Source of the DNA: Dehalococcoidia bacterium
GTDB taxonomy: Bacteria > Chloroflexota > Dehalococcoidia > UBA2979
Assembly (NCBI GenBank): GCA_965262725.1
Contig: OZ253555.1
Span: 1,952,001-2,016,000 of the forward strand
Reading direction: 5' to 3'
DNA length: 64,000 nt
Of this stretch, positions 52,320-63,567 are shown piece by piece (the stretch's first letter is position 1; each line of letters starts with the position of its first letter). The position numbers and the translations under genes were made by a program. Under the pieces are notes generated by a model, which saw nothing but the letters and a program-made list of their open reading frames with translations, searched no databases and had not been told where the DNA came from.

Positions 52320-52620
52320 GGGGGGTTCCCTATCTTCTCTGTCAAGGTCCACGGGGGTCGGGATTCGAGATCGGGGCAAGCCATCAGGCGGCCGCGACTT
52401 GGTGGCGGGTAGGTCTGGACCGGCTGTTGCAGGCGGAGCATGGTCAGGATCACGTCGCAGCGCCTGCGGGCAAGGCAGATGACCGCGGCGTTTTGCTTCT
52501 TCCCCTCGGCCCGCTTCCGGTCGTAGTAGGCTCTCGAGGCGGGCTCGCGAAGCGAGGCGAAGGCCGCGAGGAACATCGCGTTCTTGAGGCGGTGGTTGCC
52601 GCGCCGGCTGCGCCCTTCGC
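52320..52620 (-). pseudogene. IS110 family 3' remnant
   Basis: GNHRLKNAMFLAAFASL..YYDRKRAEGK..LARRR; end TTGACAGAGAAGATAGGGAACCCCCC. Confidence 0.8.
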
Positions 52621-52624
52621 CTCG

Positions 52625-52770
52625 GTCGCCTCGCCGCTCGCGTGCTGCCTGCTGCTACGCCGCCTCCGCCGCGTGCGCGTGGCGCAACGGCTCGTAGACC
52701 TCGCCGCTCTTCCAGAGCGCCAGCATCAGCACCGCCAGCCGCCTCGAGCCCACGACGACAGCGCGCTTCT
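52625..52770 (-). pseudogene. 3' remnant of an element-B-like IS110 transposase
   Basis: Close match to ~3135-3280 (LAVLMLALWKSGEVYEPLRHAR). Confidence 0.8.
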
Positions 52771-53070
52771 GCGCACGGAAGGGGTACTGTCCTGCGCGTC
52801 ACCCGCCGTGGGACTCGTCAGCCTCCACTTTGGCTGCGATCACAACACACGGCAACGCGGCGTCCTCTCCGCTGTGCGTAGTGACGCGCGATCACAGCCT
52901 CGATGCTCTCCCATGGCGCGCGAGGTCACGGGAAGGTGGCGTGGCCAGGACCGGACACCCTCACGCCAGCGGCTCGGTGTCCGACCGGAGGCTACGGCGC
53001 GCTGGAGGGTGTGCGGTCGGAGGTGGCCGGACAGGTTCTGCCTGTCCGGCCACTGTCGCGAGCGACCCGC

Positions 53071-53388
53071 TCAGAGCCGCCACGCGAGCGGCTCGCCGTC
53101 GTTGAAGGCGACGAGCGCGTCGCGCACGGGCTCCGGGAGGCTCTCCCAGGGCGGCAGCTCGTAGCCGTCGAATCCGGCAACGGGCACCCACTCCCCCGGG
53201 GCGACCTCCTTCTCGATGATCTCGATCCCATAGTTGTGGAGCCCCCAGATCTGGGTGCGGCAGCGGTAGGGACCGGCCGCCTCTATGACGGCAACAACCT
53301 CGTCGGTGAAGTTGGGCCCATCGCCGTCCTCGAAGCCGAACTTCGAGAACGCGTCGGTGATCTCCCAGCAGATGATCCGTCGTGGCAT
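53071..53388 (-). CDS. hypothetical protein
   Basis: AGGAG RBS; paralogous fragment at ~8.6 kb. Confidence 0.7.
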   Translation of the reverse strand: MPRRIICWEITDAFSKFGFEDGDGPNFTDEVVAVIEAAGPYRCRTQIWGLHNYGIEIIEKEVAPGEWVPVAGFDGYELPPWESLPEPVRDALVAFNDGEPLAWRL

Positions 53389-53547
53389 CAGGTTCTCCTT
53401 CTCTCGGTGCTGTCATGGGTGGTTGGCCGGACCGGGTGCCCGGACCGGCGTGTTCTCAGCGCAACGCGGTGGGGTGGGGCATCGCCCGACGATCTCGATC
53501 GCGTCGAGCGCCGCCCCACCCCACCACGTGTGATCGGTTTCGGGCGG

Positions 53548-54468
53548 TCAGACCGCCGCTCTCGGCGGCTCCTCCGGTGCCTCGGGACTTCGCCCGAGGA
53601 TGTGATCGGCGGCGCGCTGCCCCTGCGCGGCGGCGACCACGACCAGGCGCCGGTCGTCGTCGAGCACGCGCAGCCAGGAGGCGATGTAGGCCGCGGACTG
53701 ATCGACCCGCGAGGGGTCGATCCCGGCCTCGCTTCCGAGGAAGGCGGCTGCGAACTCCGCCACCAGCTCCTCCTGCGAGTAGCGCTCGGAGCCGAAGCGG
53801 GCGGCGGTCCGGTATCCCTCGCGCGCGAGGCGGCTCGGGTGCCCGGTGGAGTGGGCGAGCTCGTGGAAGAGCGTCGCGTAGTAGCCGTGCGCGTCGGTGA
53901 ACGCTGCGCGCGGCGGCACGTGCACCTCGTCCCGCTCCGGGACGTAGTAGGCGCTCTCCGAGTCCCGGCACAGGCTCGGGCCGTCCCGGTAGCCTGCGAT
54001 CACCGCCTCCGCCCGCTCCAGCGGATCCGGGCAGCCGGACTCCGCCCGTGCGGGGAGCCTCACGCCATCGCACTGGTCGACGTTGAAGACGGCGTAGAGG
54101 CGGATGAGCGGGAAACGCTCCACCCGCTCGGGGTCCTCCGGGTCCCTCCGCTCGATCCACTTCCAGAGCACGACGCGGGTGCCGTGCTCGCCGCGGCGGA
54201 CGTTCCCGCCCGAGGCCTCGGCCTGGCGGTAGGTGAGCCAGCGCGGGTCGCTCCAGCCGCGCTCGAGCGCGGTCATCTGGAGGACCAGCGTGTTGATGCC
54301 GCGGTAGGGGCGGCCCGAGCGGGCGTTGCGGTGCCCGCGTGCGCGCCACGGCGTGCGCCACGGCACGGTGCCGCGCTCAAGCGCGGTGATGATGCGGCCG
54401 GTGATCTCCTGGTAGGGGTCGGTCCGGCCGCCGGGCTGCCTACGCCGCACCGGGATCACCCCCGCCAT
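53548..54468 (-). CDS. ardC: ArdC family anti-restriction ssDNA-binding/zincin protein
   Basis: YQEITGRII..PWRTPW, YRGIN, WLTYRQA, VFNVDQ, FHELAHSTGH, YSQEELVAE. Confidence 0.92.
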   Translation of the reverse strand: MAGVIPVRRRQPGGRTDPYQEITGRIITALERGTVPWRTPWRARGHRNARSGRPYRGINTLVLQMTALERGWSDPRWLTYRQAEASGGNVRRGEHGTRVVLWKWIERRDPEDPERVERFPLIRLYAVFNVDQCDGVRLPARAESGCPDPLERAEAVIAGYRDGPSLCRDSESAYYVPERDEVHVPPRAAFTDAHGYYATLFHELAHSTGHPSRLAREGYRTAARFGSERYSQEELVAEFAAAFLGSEAGIDPSRVDQSAAYIASWLRVLDDDRRLVVVAAAQGQRAADHILGRSPEAPEEPPRAAV

Positions 54469-54654
54469 GGCATGGCTCGAGACGCTCGTAGAGCGTGAGA
54501 CGGATCGCTCGCGCCTGGGGGCGATCGGCATCGACGGCCTGGATGAGGCAGGCCCGGAAGCCCGGTATCGGGCACTCGGGCAGCGGGATCCGGGCGACGT
54601 CGTAGCGTCCGTGGCGCGTCTCGATGACGCGGCTGGGGCGGTAGGCCATCTGCG

Positions 54655-55332
54655 TCAGGCCGCCCGTGCGCCGTTACGGCGGTGGAGTCCGCGCGTGAGG
54701 GCGTCGACGCAGGCGAGCAGCGACCCCCCGCCGAGCTCCGCGAGCGGGCGCCCGTAGCGCTGCTCGACCCAGCTCCGGGTGCGCGCCTCGTCCGAGCCCG
54801 CGCTCGCCGCGATCTCGAGCACGCGGCGCCGGAGCTCATCGGGCCGCGCACCGGCCGCGAGCGCAGCCGCCCCGGCCGGCTCGGCTCCGAGCCCGTTCCC
54901 GAAGCGCGCCCCGAAGTGCCGGAGCGCGCGCTTGAGCGCGTCGGTGGCGGCGGCCTTGACGGCCACCGCGTGCGCCTCGGCCGTGTGATCCGAGGCGAGG
55001 GCGGTGCCGACGTCGCTGTGCGGCAGGCAGCCCCAGGCGGTGACCCGGACGGTCGCCGTGTAGATGACGGCGGATGCGCCGCCCGCTCCTGGCGATCCCG
55101 GGCCCGGCCGGGAGGTGATTTCCCCGACGAGTTCGGCGCCCCAGCGGTCGGGCCCGAACGTCGCGTTCGCCTCCTCTATCGCCCGCCACCCCTCCAGATA
55201 GCGGACGACCTCGCCGTCCTCGGTCGTGCGCTCGGAGACGAGCTCCGGCGGAAGCGGCTCCCCGAGCCGCCGTCTCGCGGCCGGCGTCAGGCGGCGCGGC
55301 CTGGCCGCTCGTGTTCCGTTGATGTCGGACAT
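54655..55332 (-). CDS. Rad52/Rad22 family single-strand annealing protein
   Basis: YLEGWRAIEEANATFG..W, KAAATDALKRALRHFG..FGNGL. Confidence 0.85.
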   Translation of the reverse strand: MSDINGTRAARPRRLTPAARRRLGEPLPPELVSERTTEDGEVVRYLEGWRAIEEANATFGPDRWGAELVGEITSRPGPGSPGAGGASAVIYTATVRVTAWGCLPHSDVGTALASDHTAEAHAVAVKAAATDALKRALRHFGARFGNGLGAEPAGAAALAAGARPDELRRRVLEIAASAGSDEARTRSWVEQRYGRPLAELGGGSLLACVDALTRGLHRRNGARAA

Positions 55333-56375
55333 GATTCCTGCTCTCGTGCGTGTGCCTGCTGGAGCGAACGGAGAAACGTCGCCCGTCCGGACGGGCGCGT
55401 TCCGAGTTCGCTGAGGTCGTGCGCGTCCCCTGGGAGCGGCACGACGGTGGCCCGAGCTCCGAGCTCGGAGCGGATGCGGGCCGAGGCGCGGCGGCCGGGG
55501 CCGTCGGCGTCGAGCGCGACGTAGATGCGCCGTAAGGAGCGGAGCGCGACGAGCGCGTCCCGCGAGAGGTGCGTGCCTGCGAGCGCGACCGCATGCAGTC
55601 CCCACTCGCAGGCGGTGAGCCAGTCGAAGGGGCCCTCGGTCAGCACGACCGAGCGAGCTCCCGCCGCGCGCGCCTGCCCGAGGCCGAGCAGCGGCGACGG
55701 GAGGCGGAGGTTGAGGTAGCGCAGCTCCCGGTCGTCGAGCGCCCGCGCGGTGAGCCAGGTGGCCCGGCCCTCCGTGTCCAGGTCGGGGATGACGATCCGG
55801 CCCGAGAGCGTGTCGCGGTCTCCGCTCAGGAGGCCCAGCTCTCGAGCGGGATCGCGCCGAAACCGCCGTCGCTCCAGGTGCTTGGCGAGGCCGCCTGAGC
55901 CGAAGCCGATGCGAAGCCGCGCCGCCGTCTTCTCGCCGATCCCGCGGCTGCGAATGTAGGAACGCGCCCGGCGGCTCCGCCTGTACTGGTGCGCGTAGAG
56001 TGAGGTCGCGGCCTCGATGACCGCCGACTCCTCATCGTCCGGCGTTCGGGTCGCCTCCGGCGGCGCGCGCCGTCGGCTGGCCGGAGGGAGCGGGCGGGGC
56101 CCGCCGGCCGGTCCGACGAGGAACTCCGCGGTCTCCCGGAAGCCGGTCCCGCGCATCCGGCCGACGAAGTCGATGACGTCCCCGCCGGTGTCGCAGGCGA
56201 AGCAAAACCAGCTCTGCGTCCCCGGGTAGACGAGGAGGCTCGGCCTCCGGTCCTCGTGGAACGGGCAGAGCCCGACGAGGCGGTGTCCCGAGCGCCGTAG
56301 GCTTACCCCGGAGCCCTCGACGGCGCCTTCGATCGGGTGCGCCGTGCGGATCGCGTCGGTGTCGAACACGCTCAC
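55287..56375 (-). CDS. DnaG-like primase (CHC2 zinc finger + Toprim)
   Basis: CPFHEDRRPS, WFCFAC..GGDVIDF, LTEGPFD, ALDADGPG. Confidence 0.9.
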   Translation of the reverse strand: MSVFDTDAIRTAHPIEGAVEGSGVSLRRSGHRLVGLCPFHEDRRPSLLVYPGTQSWFCFACDTGGDVIDFVGRMRGTGFRETAEFLVGPAGGPRPLPPASRRRAPPEATRTPDDEESAVIEAATSLYAHQYRRSRRARSYIRSRGIGEKTAARLRIGFGSGGLAKHLERRRFRRDPARELGLLSGDRDTLSGRIVIPDLDTEGRATWLTARALDDRELRYLNLRLPSPLLGLGQARAAGARSVVLTEGPFDWLTACEWGLHAVALAGTHLSRDALVALRSLRRIYVALDADGPGRRASARIRSELGARATVVPLPGDAHDLSELGTRPSGRATFLRSLQQAHAREQESCPTSTEHERPGRAA

Positions 56376-56660
56376 GCGCGCCCGCCCGGAGCGGGCCGGC
56401 CCCGCCCGTACCGGCCGATCGCCGCCTTCGTGTACGTGGCCGCCGTGCTCCCACACGTGGCGCGGTCCCGGCTGTGCCGGGTTCCGCCGCGGGCGGAGCC
56501 GCGCGTCGACTCGTGGTGATTCCCGGATTCCATGTCGCTTGTCCTTTCGTTGGTGATCGCGCGCGCGGATCGCCCCGCGCGGCGACGAGTTGAGGAGGCA
56601 CGGACGAAGAAGAGACCGCCCGGCGGCGGTCCCCTCTCGTCGTGCTCCCGGTGGTTCGGG

Positions 56661-57647
56661 TCAGGCGAGCGCGCGTGCCCCCCGCAGCGCCCGCGGCGCG
56701 AAGCGGCGGCCGCGTTCCCAGCGGCTCAGCCCCAGGGCCGTGACGACCTCCCAGCGGCCGTCCAGGGCCGGCATCAGCACGGCCCCGCGGCAGGGACCGG
56801 CCCGGTAGTGGATCGCCGCGAGCAGGCCGAGACGGCGGCAGGCGGTGAGCCAGCAGCCGTAGAGGTGCCGAGCGAGCTCCTCCGGCACGCCGTCGAGCGG
56901 GGCCTTCTCGAGCACCTCGATCGCCCGCGCCGGCTCGCGCCGGTGCAGACGCCTGGCCTCTGCGAGCGCCGCCTCCGCGGCGCGGATCTTGACGGCGCGC
57001 TCGCGTCGCCGTAGCGTTTCGAACGCCTGTTTGAGGTCCGGTACGCTGCTGATGTTCTCCTCCAAGGAATCCAGCAGCCGCCGGGCCTCGTCGTATCTGC
57101 CGCCGTCCAGGTGCCTCCCTGCCAGCGCCAGTTCCCCCTCCATCCTCGTCTTCTCCTCCCTGTTTCGCTCCTCCTCGATCAGCCGCGCGATGTCCTCACG
57201 CTCGCCGAGCGCCCGGGCCTCGCGCTCCCGCACCGCGGCGTGTGCCTCGGCGCGGTTCGCGAGCCGGCCGGCCGCCGCGAAGCTGAACTCCGCCCGCCTT
57301 CGCGTCCCGGGCTCGAAGGCCGACCGTGCGAGTCCCTCGGCGCGGCGCGCCGCCTCGCGCATCTCGCCTGCGGTGCTTCGGAGCCGCGCGGCCTCCGCTG
57401 CGGCCGCCCGCACGCGGTCGAGACCGCGCTCCGCCTCCAGGCGGCGCTCGCGGTCGCCCGCGACCAGCCGATCGAGCTCCTCGATCGCCCGCCGCGCCTG
57501 CGCGGCCAGCGCCTCGCGTTCGGCGGGCCCGGTGCCGCGAATGACGGGCACGAGCGCCCGCTCCTCCGGGATAGGTCCTTTGTCCACGAAGAAGTCGCGG
57601 ACGGCCGCGAGCTCACCGAGGCTGGTGAGCACGACTCCCTGCGTCAT
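56661..57647 (-). CDS. hypothetical coiled-coil protein
   Basis: ATG overlaps the upstream stop; operon context. Confidence 0.6.
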   Translation of the reverse strand: MTQGVVLTSLGELAAVRDFFVDKGPIPEERALVPVIRGTGPAEREALAAQARRAIEELDRLVAGDRERRLEAERGLDRVRAAAAEAARLRSTAGEMREAARRAEGLARSAFEPGTRRRAEFSFAAAGRLANRAEAHAAVREREARALGEREDIARLIEEERNREEKTRMEGELALAGRHLDGGRYDEARRLLDSLEENISSVPDLKQAFETLRRRERAVKIRAAEAALAEARRLHRREPARAIEVLEKAPLDGVPEELARHLYGCWLTACRRLGLLAAIHYRAGPCRGAVLMPALDGRWEVVTALGLSRWERGRRFAPRALRGARALA

Positions 57648-58252
57648 CGCTCCCCCCTCATCACGTCGGCCGGGAACGCGCCGTTGGGGCCCGCGCCGGC
57701 CCGCTCGGGCAGCGCCAGGTCGTCGAGCGGCGACGTACCGGGCTCCGGGACGGACTCGCCACGCTCGGCGGCGGGCTGGACGGTGGTCGCCTCCAGCGGA
57801 ACGACGCGCAGCGTGCCGAGCTCGGAGGCGACGACGTGCCGCAGCTGCTGCCGGAGCGTCGCCACGACCTCCTCGTCCGCGACCCGCCGGCCGCCTACCG
57901 AGAGCGCGACGTAGAGCACGTGCCGCGTGCGGCCCGCCGAGTCCTCGAACACCTGCAGCAGCGCCTGGAGCTGACGCTCCTCCATCGTCACCGTGCGCTG
58001 CACCACCACAAGCAGGTGCCCGGGCGGCGTGACGCCGAGCGCCCGCAGGTGGCTCCGTGCCGTGCCTGCGATCGCCCTGCGGAGCCGGCGCCCGCGCTTC
58101 CCGCCGACATCGGCCTCGACCGGCGGGCGCCACGGCCGCAGCCGTGAGGCGACCCCGCGCCGCCCGTCCGCGATCCTCCGCTCGCACCACCGCCGGACGC
58201 GGGCCGGAGGCGACGCTCCGCTCTGCGCGCGGCGTGTCTTCTTGCTTGCCAT
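57644..58252 (-). CDS. hypothetical protein
   Basis: GAGGAG RBS before MASKK; operon context. Confidence 0.6.
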   Translation of the reverse strand: MASKKTRRAQSGASPPARVRRWCERRIADGRRGVASRLRPWRPPVEADVGGKRGRRLRRAIAGTARSHLRALGVTPPGHLLVVVQRTVTMEERQLQALLQVFEDSAGRTRHVLYVALSVGGRRVADEEVVATLRQQLRHVVASELGTLRVVPLEATTVQPAAERGESVPEPGTSPLDDLALPERAGAGPNGAFPADVMRGER

Positions 58253-58822
58253 CTCGCACTCCTCTTCTGCTGCGCCGCCCCGTTCCGGCGGGACGGATGT
58301 ATCTCGCTCTCCCGTCGCTGTCGGAATCGGACCCGGCATCGGAGCCGCGTTCCGACCAGCTGCTTCCCGATCGCTCCTCCTTTCGGCGCTCCACCACGAG
58401 AGAAGCCCCGCGGCACCGGGCCTCACGGGGCGTCGTCGACGGCAGTCCCGCGCCCTCCGCGTGCGCCGCGAGTGCGCTGCGCGGGGTCGTGGCCCGCCTC
58501 GATGCGTTGCTCTGCTTGCCGGCTCGCGCCGGGTTCGATTGGTTCAGGTCGCCCCTCGGCTGCTCCTTCCCGGGCCGCTTCCGGCCTGCCGTCGCTCGCT
58601 CCGCGACTCGACGTCCGCCTGGTTCACCTCCTCGCCTTCATGCACTCGTCCGCCCTCGCTGCTCGCTTCGATGTCCGGCTGGAGAGCGCTGCTCGTTTCC
58701 CCCGATGGAGGGTGATCCGTACCGTCATCCCGGATGAGCAATCCGTGCCGGCTGTTCTGCTCCGTGGGGAGCCGGCGCCGCCGGCGACACGCACTACTTG
58801 TGGGGAGGAGGCTACGAGGGGG

Positions 58823-58854
58823 CGGTCACACGGCGGTCACACGGGGTCACACGG
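58823..58854 (+). repeat. three tandem GGTCACACGG repeats (iteron/operator-like)
   Basis: 58823-33, 58834-44, 58845-54; inverted part-copies at 58972-80 and 59036-53. Confidence 0.6.
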
Positions 58855-59978
58855 GAGTCCCAGGCGCTCCCAATTCGCGATGAGTGGCTGTTTTTCCCCG
58901 AGTCGTACGAACCGGGGCCGGAGCAACCCTGTGGGGCGCGGCGTGTGTGCCGGCCGCTTCCGTGGGACTGCTGTGTGACCTGCGTGGGACCGAATTGGGA
59001 GCGGATGTTTAGATCCGTGACTGCCTGCGAACGTCCGTGTGATGCCTCACACGCGTGCGGCCGTCCGGGCTCACGTCGTCTTTCCGTCGTGCCCGCGCTC
59101 GCTCGGACTCTCGACTCGATGGCGCCCGGGTGGATCGCGACCACCATGCACGGTGTCGCTTCCCTGACACCGCGTCGCCGAGTCCCTTCTGCCGGCGGGG
59201 CTGCTGCTTCCGCCGCATCCGGTTCGGGGCGGCGGCGCGAGCTTCCCGGGTCGGGTGCCTCGCGCCGTCGCGTTGGGGCGCCGGGCCCGGTCTCGGGCCG
59301 CCGGGCCGCATGACCGGACGGGACCTCACCGCGCTCATCGGCCGGTGCGTGCCGCCTCTCGCTCCGCAGGGACGAGGAGCCGGTTCGCGTCGCCGGCGTA
59401 CGGCCCGAGGGTCTGCCTCGCCCACGCGACCGGCTCCTGATCGGAGGGGGTTCCGCACGGCACGTAGCAGCGCCTGAGTGCCCGCTTCACCGACCCCTCT
59501 ACGGGGAACGCATAGAGCCTATGGAGGGCGAAGAGCGCGCCGCAGTCGGCCCTGGGACCGATCCCCTCGCAGCCCATCGGCCGGAGCCGCACCTCGCGGT
59601 AGTGAACGCGGGGCCCGGCGAGCTCCTCACGGTTGAGCTGGCCGCCCGCCATCGCCCGCGCGACGGCGAGGGTCCTACGGTGCTTGCCGAGTCCCGGCCG
59701 CGGCCTCTCGAGTCCCCCCGCCTCGCGGCCGGGACTCCGCTCCGATCTTGCAGGGCGGGCGCGGTACGTACACTCTGCTCGGTGGCCAGGGCCGTCCGGC
59801 ACCGCTCATCCGGGGCTGGGCCCGGCTCGGTCGAGCGCGTGCGCGCGCCCGATGACTCGGGACCTGGTGCTTCCGGCGCGCCGCCGTGCGGGCCGCGCAT
59901 CGAATGAATGGTGTCTTGCGTGTCGGCCACGAGGAAGGTGGCGCTCGCCCGAGGCGACGAGGACGGGAAGGCAGGAGC

Positions 59979-60182
59979 ATGACCGGTGCCTTCTACGTCA
60001 ACGAAGACAGGCCGACGCGGTCGGCGACGGTTCACCAGGCGGGGGGACCCTGCCAGGTCCCCCCGCGAAAGCGGGCGCGCGATGGGCAATGGCACGGCCC
60101 GTTTCGACTCAAGGAGGGGGCGCTGAGAGTCGCCCGCGAGGTCGGCCGCGACGTCTACGAATGCCAGCGCTGCGAACCCTGA
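59979..60182 (+). CDS. small hypothetical Cys/His protein
   Basis: AGGAG RBS; H..C..W.GPF..CQRC. Confidence 0.55.
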   Translation: MTGAFYVNEDRPTRSATVHQAGGPCQVPPRKRARDGQWHGPFRLKEGALRVAREVGRDVYECQRCEP

Positions 60183-60966
60183 CGCCGGGCGGTACTGCCA
60201 CGGAGATCGGGATAGTGGAGTCGGTTGCCCTTCAGGGCCCGCGTGCCGCCAGCGGGCGCGGAGACCTGGGCGGGCCGGACGGGCTCGACAGCCCCGACGT
60301 GCTGGACCTGGGCGCGGCCGGAACTGAGCGGGCGGCTGCCCGGGCTCTGGCGCCGCCGGTCGTCGGCAGGGAGGAGAGTGTGCACAGGTAGGCGTACGCT
60401 GTCACGGTTGCCTCGGCCGACCTGTGACCGAGGCGTCTGAAACCAACCCGGCCGCAGCAAGCGCAGCTCCTGCCGGATCACCGGTAGCCGCCGAGCGGAG
60501 AAGCAGCGCGGCCGTCGCGCGGCGAGCCTGGCCGTCCTCGCGCACCACAGGGGATGGGGGCTGGCGGTTCTCGCCGCGAGGCCCGGCAGTGAGTTTCGGC
60601 ATCACCTCGCCGTCGAGGACGCCCGAGTCGCCGCCGCGATCGTGCCGCGCGCTGACAGGAAGGCCGGCCCGGACCTCGGCATCGAACATCCGCCTGATGG
60701 CCGTGCCCGACCGGATGTCCGGAGGCTGTGCCTCAGGCGCGGTGAGTGGCAGGCACCGGAACCCCACGCTCGCGCGCACCTGAGTCGACGCGTCCACGCC
60801 CATGGCCGCCAGCGACGGCGGCACGAGCTGGTGGTCACGACTAGGCTTGAACCACCGACGGGAACGCGCGCTCGGCCCTGCGCCGGGCTCGATCAGCGCC
60901 GGAGAGAGGCCGTGTGATCCGAACGGCCCTCGAGGGCCGTGATCACCGGGTCGCCAGGGAGGGACC

Positions 60967-62010
60967 ATGCAGCAGGTACGGATATGGAGAATCGGGACCG
61001 ACCGGAAGCTGTCGGAGATTCCGGCGAGGAACGCCAGCCTGGAGCAGTGGATCGAGGACTGGCTCGCCGACGACATATCGGTACTCGACCCCAACCTCCT
61101 GGTCATCGGGAGGCAGGTTCGTACGAGCTCTGGCGGCATGGTGGACCTGCTGTGCATCGACGGGGAGGGGAATCTGGTGGTCGTCGAGCTCAAGAGGGGC
61201 CAGACCCCCCGGGACGTCACCTCCCAGGCCATGGAGTACTCGTCCTGGGTCAAGGATCTCGAGTTCGATGAGATCGCCGAGATCGCCACGTCCTATCCCG
61301 GCATTGCAGGGACGCTGGCGGCAGCCTTCCGGGAGAGGTTCGGGACGGAGCTGCCCGAACAGCTCAACCAGGCTCATCGCTCTCTGATCGTCGCCGAGTC
61401 CGTGGACGCCCGTACCGACCGGATAGTTCGGTACCTGGCAGAGATGGGGGTGCCGGTCAACGTGGCGACGGTGCAGCACTTCGAGGATGGCGCGGGCACG
61501 GAGCTGGTGGCTCAGGTCTACCTGATCGAGCCCGAGTCGATTCAACCCAGAGCGCGCCGGACGTCGGCGAGGTCGGGCTACCGCACGGTGAACGAGCTTC
61601 AGGCTCTCGCCGACGAGAAGGGCATCGGCGAGACATACCTGCGGTTGAGGGACGGGCTCCGAGGGATCTTCTTCGCCCAGGCGTACCGGGAGACGGTGGC
61701 GTACGTCCGTCGCCTGGAGGGTGGCGGAGTGCGGACCATGATGTTGGTCGACGCGGTTCCGGGCGACGACGCCAGAGGCGTCAGGTTCGTCGCTCACGCC
61801 ACGCGGTTCGAGCGGTACATGGATGTGTCGCTGGACGACCTGCAATCCTGGTTGCCGTGCAACACGGCAGACTCCAACGTGAGGAGCTGGAGCGGCAGTT
61901 CTCCGGAGGAGAGAGGTTCGGCGCAGGGGCTGGAGGGCGTGTTCCGCAGCACGGAGGACGTGGACAGCTTCGTGGCGGGGCTCGCCGCTGCACTCAGGCG
62001 GTTGCCCTGA
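60967..62010 (+). CDS. NucS/DUF91-like PD-(D/E)xK endonuclease domain protein
   Basis: LEQWIE, LLVIGRQV, VDLLCID..LVVVELKRG, QAMEY. Confidence 0.85.
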   Translation: MQQVRIWRIGTDRKLSEIPARNASLEQWIEDWLADDISVLDPNLLVIGRQVRTSSGGMVDLLCIDGEGNLVVVELKRGQTPRDVTSQAMEYSSWVKDLEFDEIAEIATSYPGIAGTLAAAFRERFGTELPEQLNQAHRSLIVAESVDARTDRIVRYLAEMGVPVNVATVQHFEDGAGTELVAQVYLIEPESIQPRARRTSARSGYRTVNELQALADEKGIGETYLRLRDGLRGIFFAQAYRETVAYVRRLEGGGVRTMMLVDAVPGDDARGVRFVAHATRFERYMDVSLDDLQSWLPCNTADSNVRSWSGSSPEERGSAQGLEGVFRSTEDVDSFVAGLAAALRRLP

Positions 62011-62271
62011 CCAGATGGGGTGAGCGACGTGAGCCTCCGCAGCCGACTCGCGCCGAGGATCGGAAGCGGGTTCGTCGCCCTCTGTCGTATCGGCGGCTGA
62101 TACTGTGACGCCCGTCTTTCGCGGCGGGCGAGGATCGGCGCCGATCATCGGCAGTTGCTTCTGTCGGACTCGTCCCGGACGGCGATGCTGCCCGTCAGGG
62201 GCAGAGCGCCCCCCGGTGGGGGACACGCTGCGCGGAGTGGCCGAAGGGGTGCTGCTCCGGCGACACGCCCA

Positions 62272-62934
62272 CTAGCCTGCGGGGCGCATGCGGCGGAATT
62301 CGTCCCGGCGAGCAAAGAGATCGAACGACGCCCAGCACGCGGTCGCGAGATGCGATCCGGCGGGCGGGAATCCAGCCTGCACGGTCCTGAGTCCGCGCAG
62401 GTCCAGGAACTCGACCGCCGGAACGAAGTCGCTGTCGGACGACACCAGAACGGCGATGTCGTAGGCCTGCTCCCAGGCCAGCCGAATCATGTCAGTGACC
62501 ATCGCCGTGTCGACGCCCTTCTCCTGCGTCCGGGCAAGCGCTCCGCCGCAGTGGGGGCACTCGGCGACGGTCTCGTGGCACGCAGGACATGTCGGTGGTT
62601 CGCGTCGGCGTCGTTCGCGGAGACTGACCTGGACGCCGGGTTGTCGATCGAGCCAGTTCGTCATCCAGTCGCGCAGTCGCCGGTCCGGCTCCGATAGGGG
62701 ATTCCACGAGGCGTACACGTGGGCACCGCCATAGGACGCCGATGTGTGGCCGCAGGTCGCTGCTCCCACGGATGCCAACCATGTCGGCAAGCGCGACCAG
62801 TCGAAGCGAAACTCGTCGCCGGGCGATATCCGTGCGATCCGGGCGTTCATCGTGATCTGGAGGTTCCAGAAGTCGATGAAGACGCGAACGCGGTTGCCCG
62901 CGCCCGGCGATTCGACCGAGTTGTCCAACGCCAT
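62272..62934 (-). CDS. NYN domain protein with CxxC insert
   Basis: VFIDFWN, EKGVDTAMVTD, LVSSDSDFVPA. Confidence 0.88.
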   Translation of the reverse strand: MALDNSVESPGAGNRVRVFIDFWNLQITMNARIARISPGDEFRFDWSRLPTWLASVGAATCGHTSASYGGAHVYASWNPLSEPDRRLRDWMTNWLDRQPGVQVSLRERRRREPPTCPACHETVAECPHCGGALARTQEKGVDTAMVTDMIRLAWEQAYDIAVLVSSDSDFVPAVEFLDLRGLRTVQAGFPPAGSHLATACWASFDLFARRDEFRRMRPAG

Positions 62935-63567
62935 CCGCAACAGCTCCGGGGCCAGATACGATACAGGGGCCGCGGGAACGAATCCCCGGGCCCCTGGTAC
63001 TCGGATTGCCGACGGACTCATCCGGGCTGACCCCGAGCTTACCGCCAGCGGGCTCTGATGTCCGGATCTTCATGTAGCGGGTTGCCGTATGTCAAGGAGA
63101 GACGAGCCAACACCCGTGCGCGAGACCCCGGCGTCGATCGAACGGTTCGGCCGGGAGGGGCTTGCCGCGCAGGCCTATGCTTTCTGAGGGTGCGTCTTGT
63201 CGGGGGCCGGCACGGTCGAGCTTGAGTTCTTGGCGCTCTCGCAAAAGAACATGGAGGACGCGCATCGCGTACATCCGCGAGCAGGCGGGGGCGCCGGAGG
63301 TCGGCGACATCGCGTTCCGCCCCGTGCGCCACGACGCCTCCGCCGTCAGCCACCAGCGGTACGACAGGGTCGACCGGCTCGGAGAACGTCAGCCGGGCAG
63401 TGCGGAGGACTCCGCCCCCGGAACGAAGGTGGGCCGGAAACCGTCACTCGCTGCGGCGATGAGTACACTCCCTGACGAGCGATGGAAAGACGTACGTGAG
63501 GGCCTGACCGGCTTCGTCACGACCGCGCCCGAATCCTGGAACCCCACTTCACAGGGCGGGACCGCCG

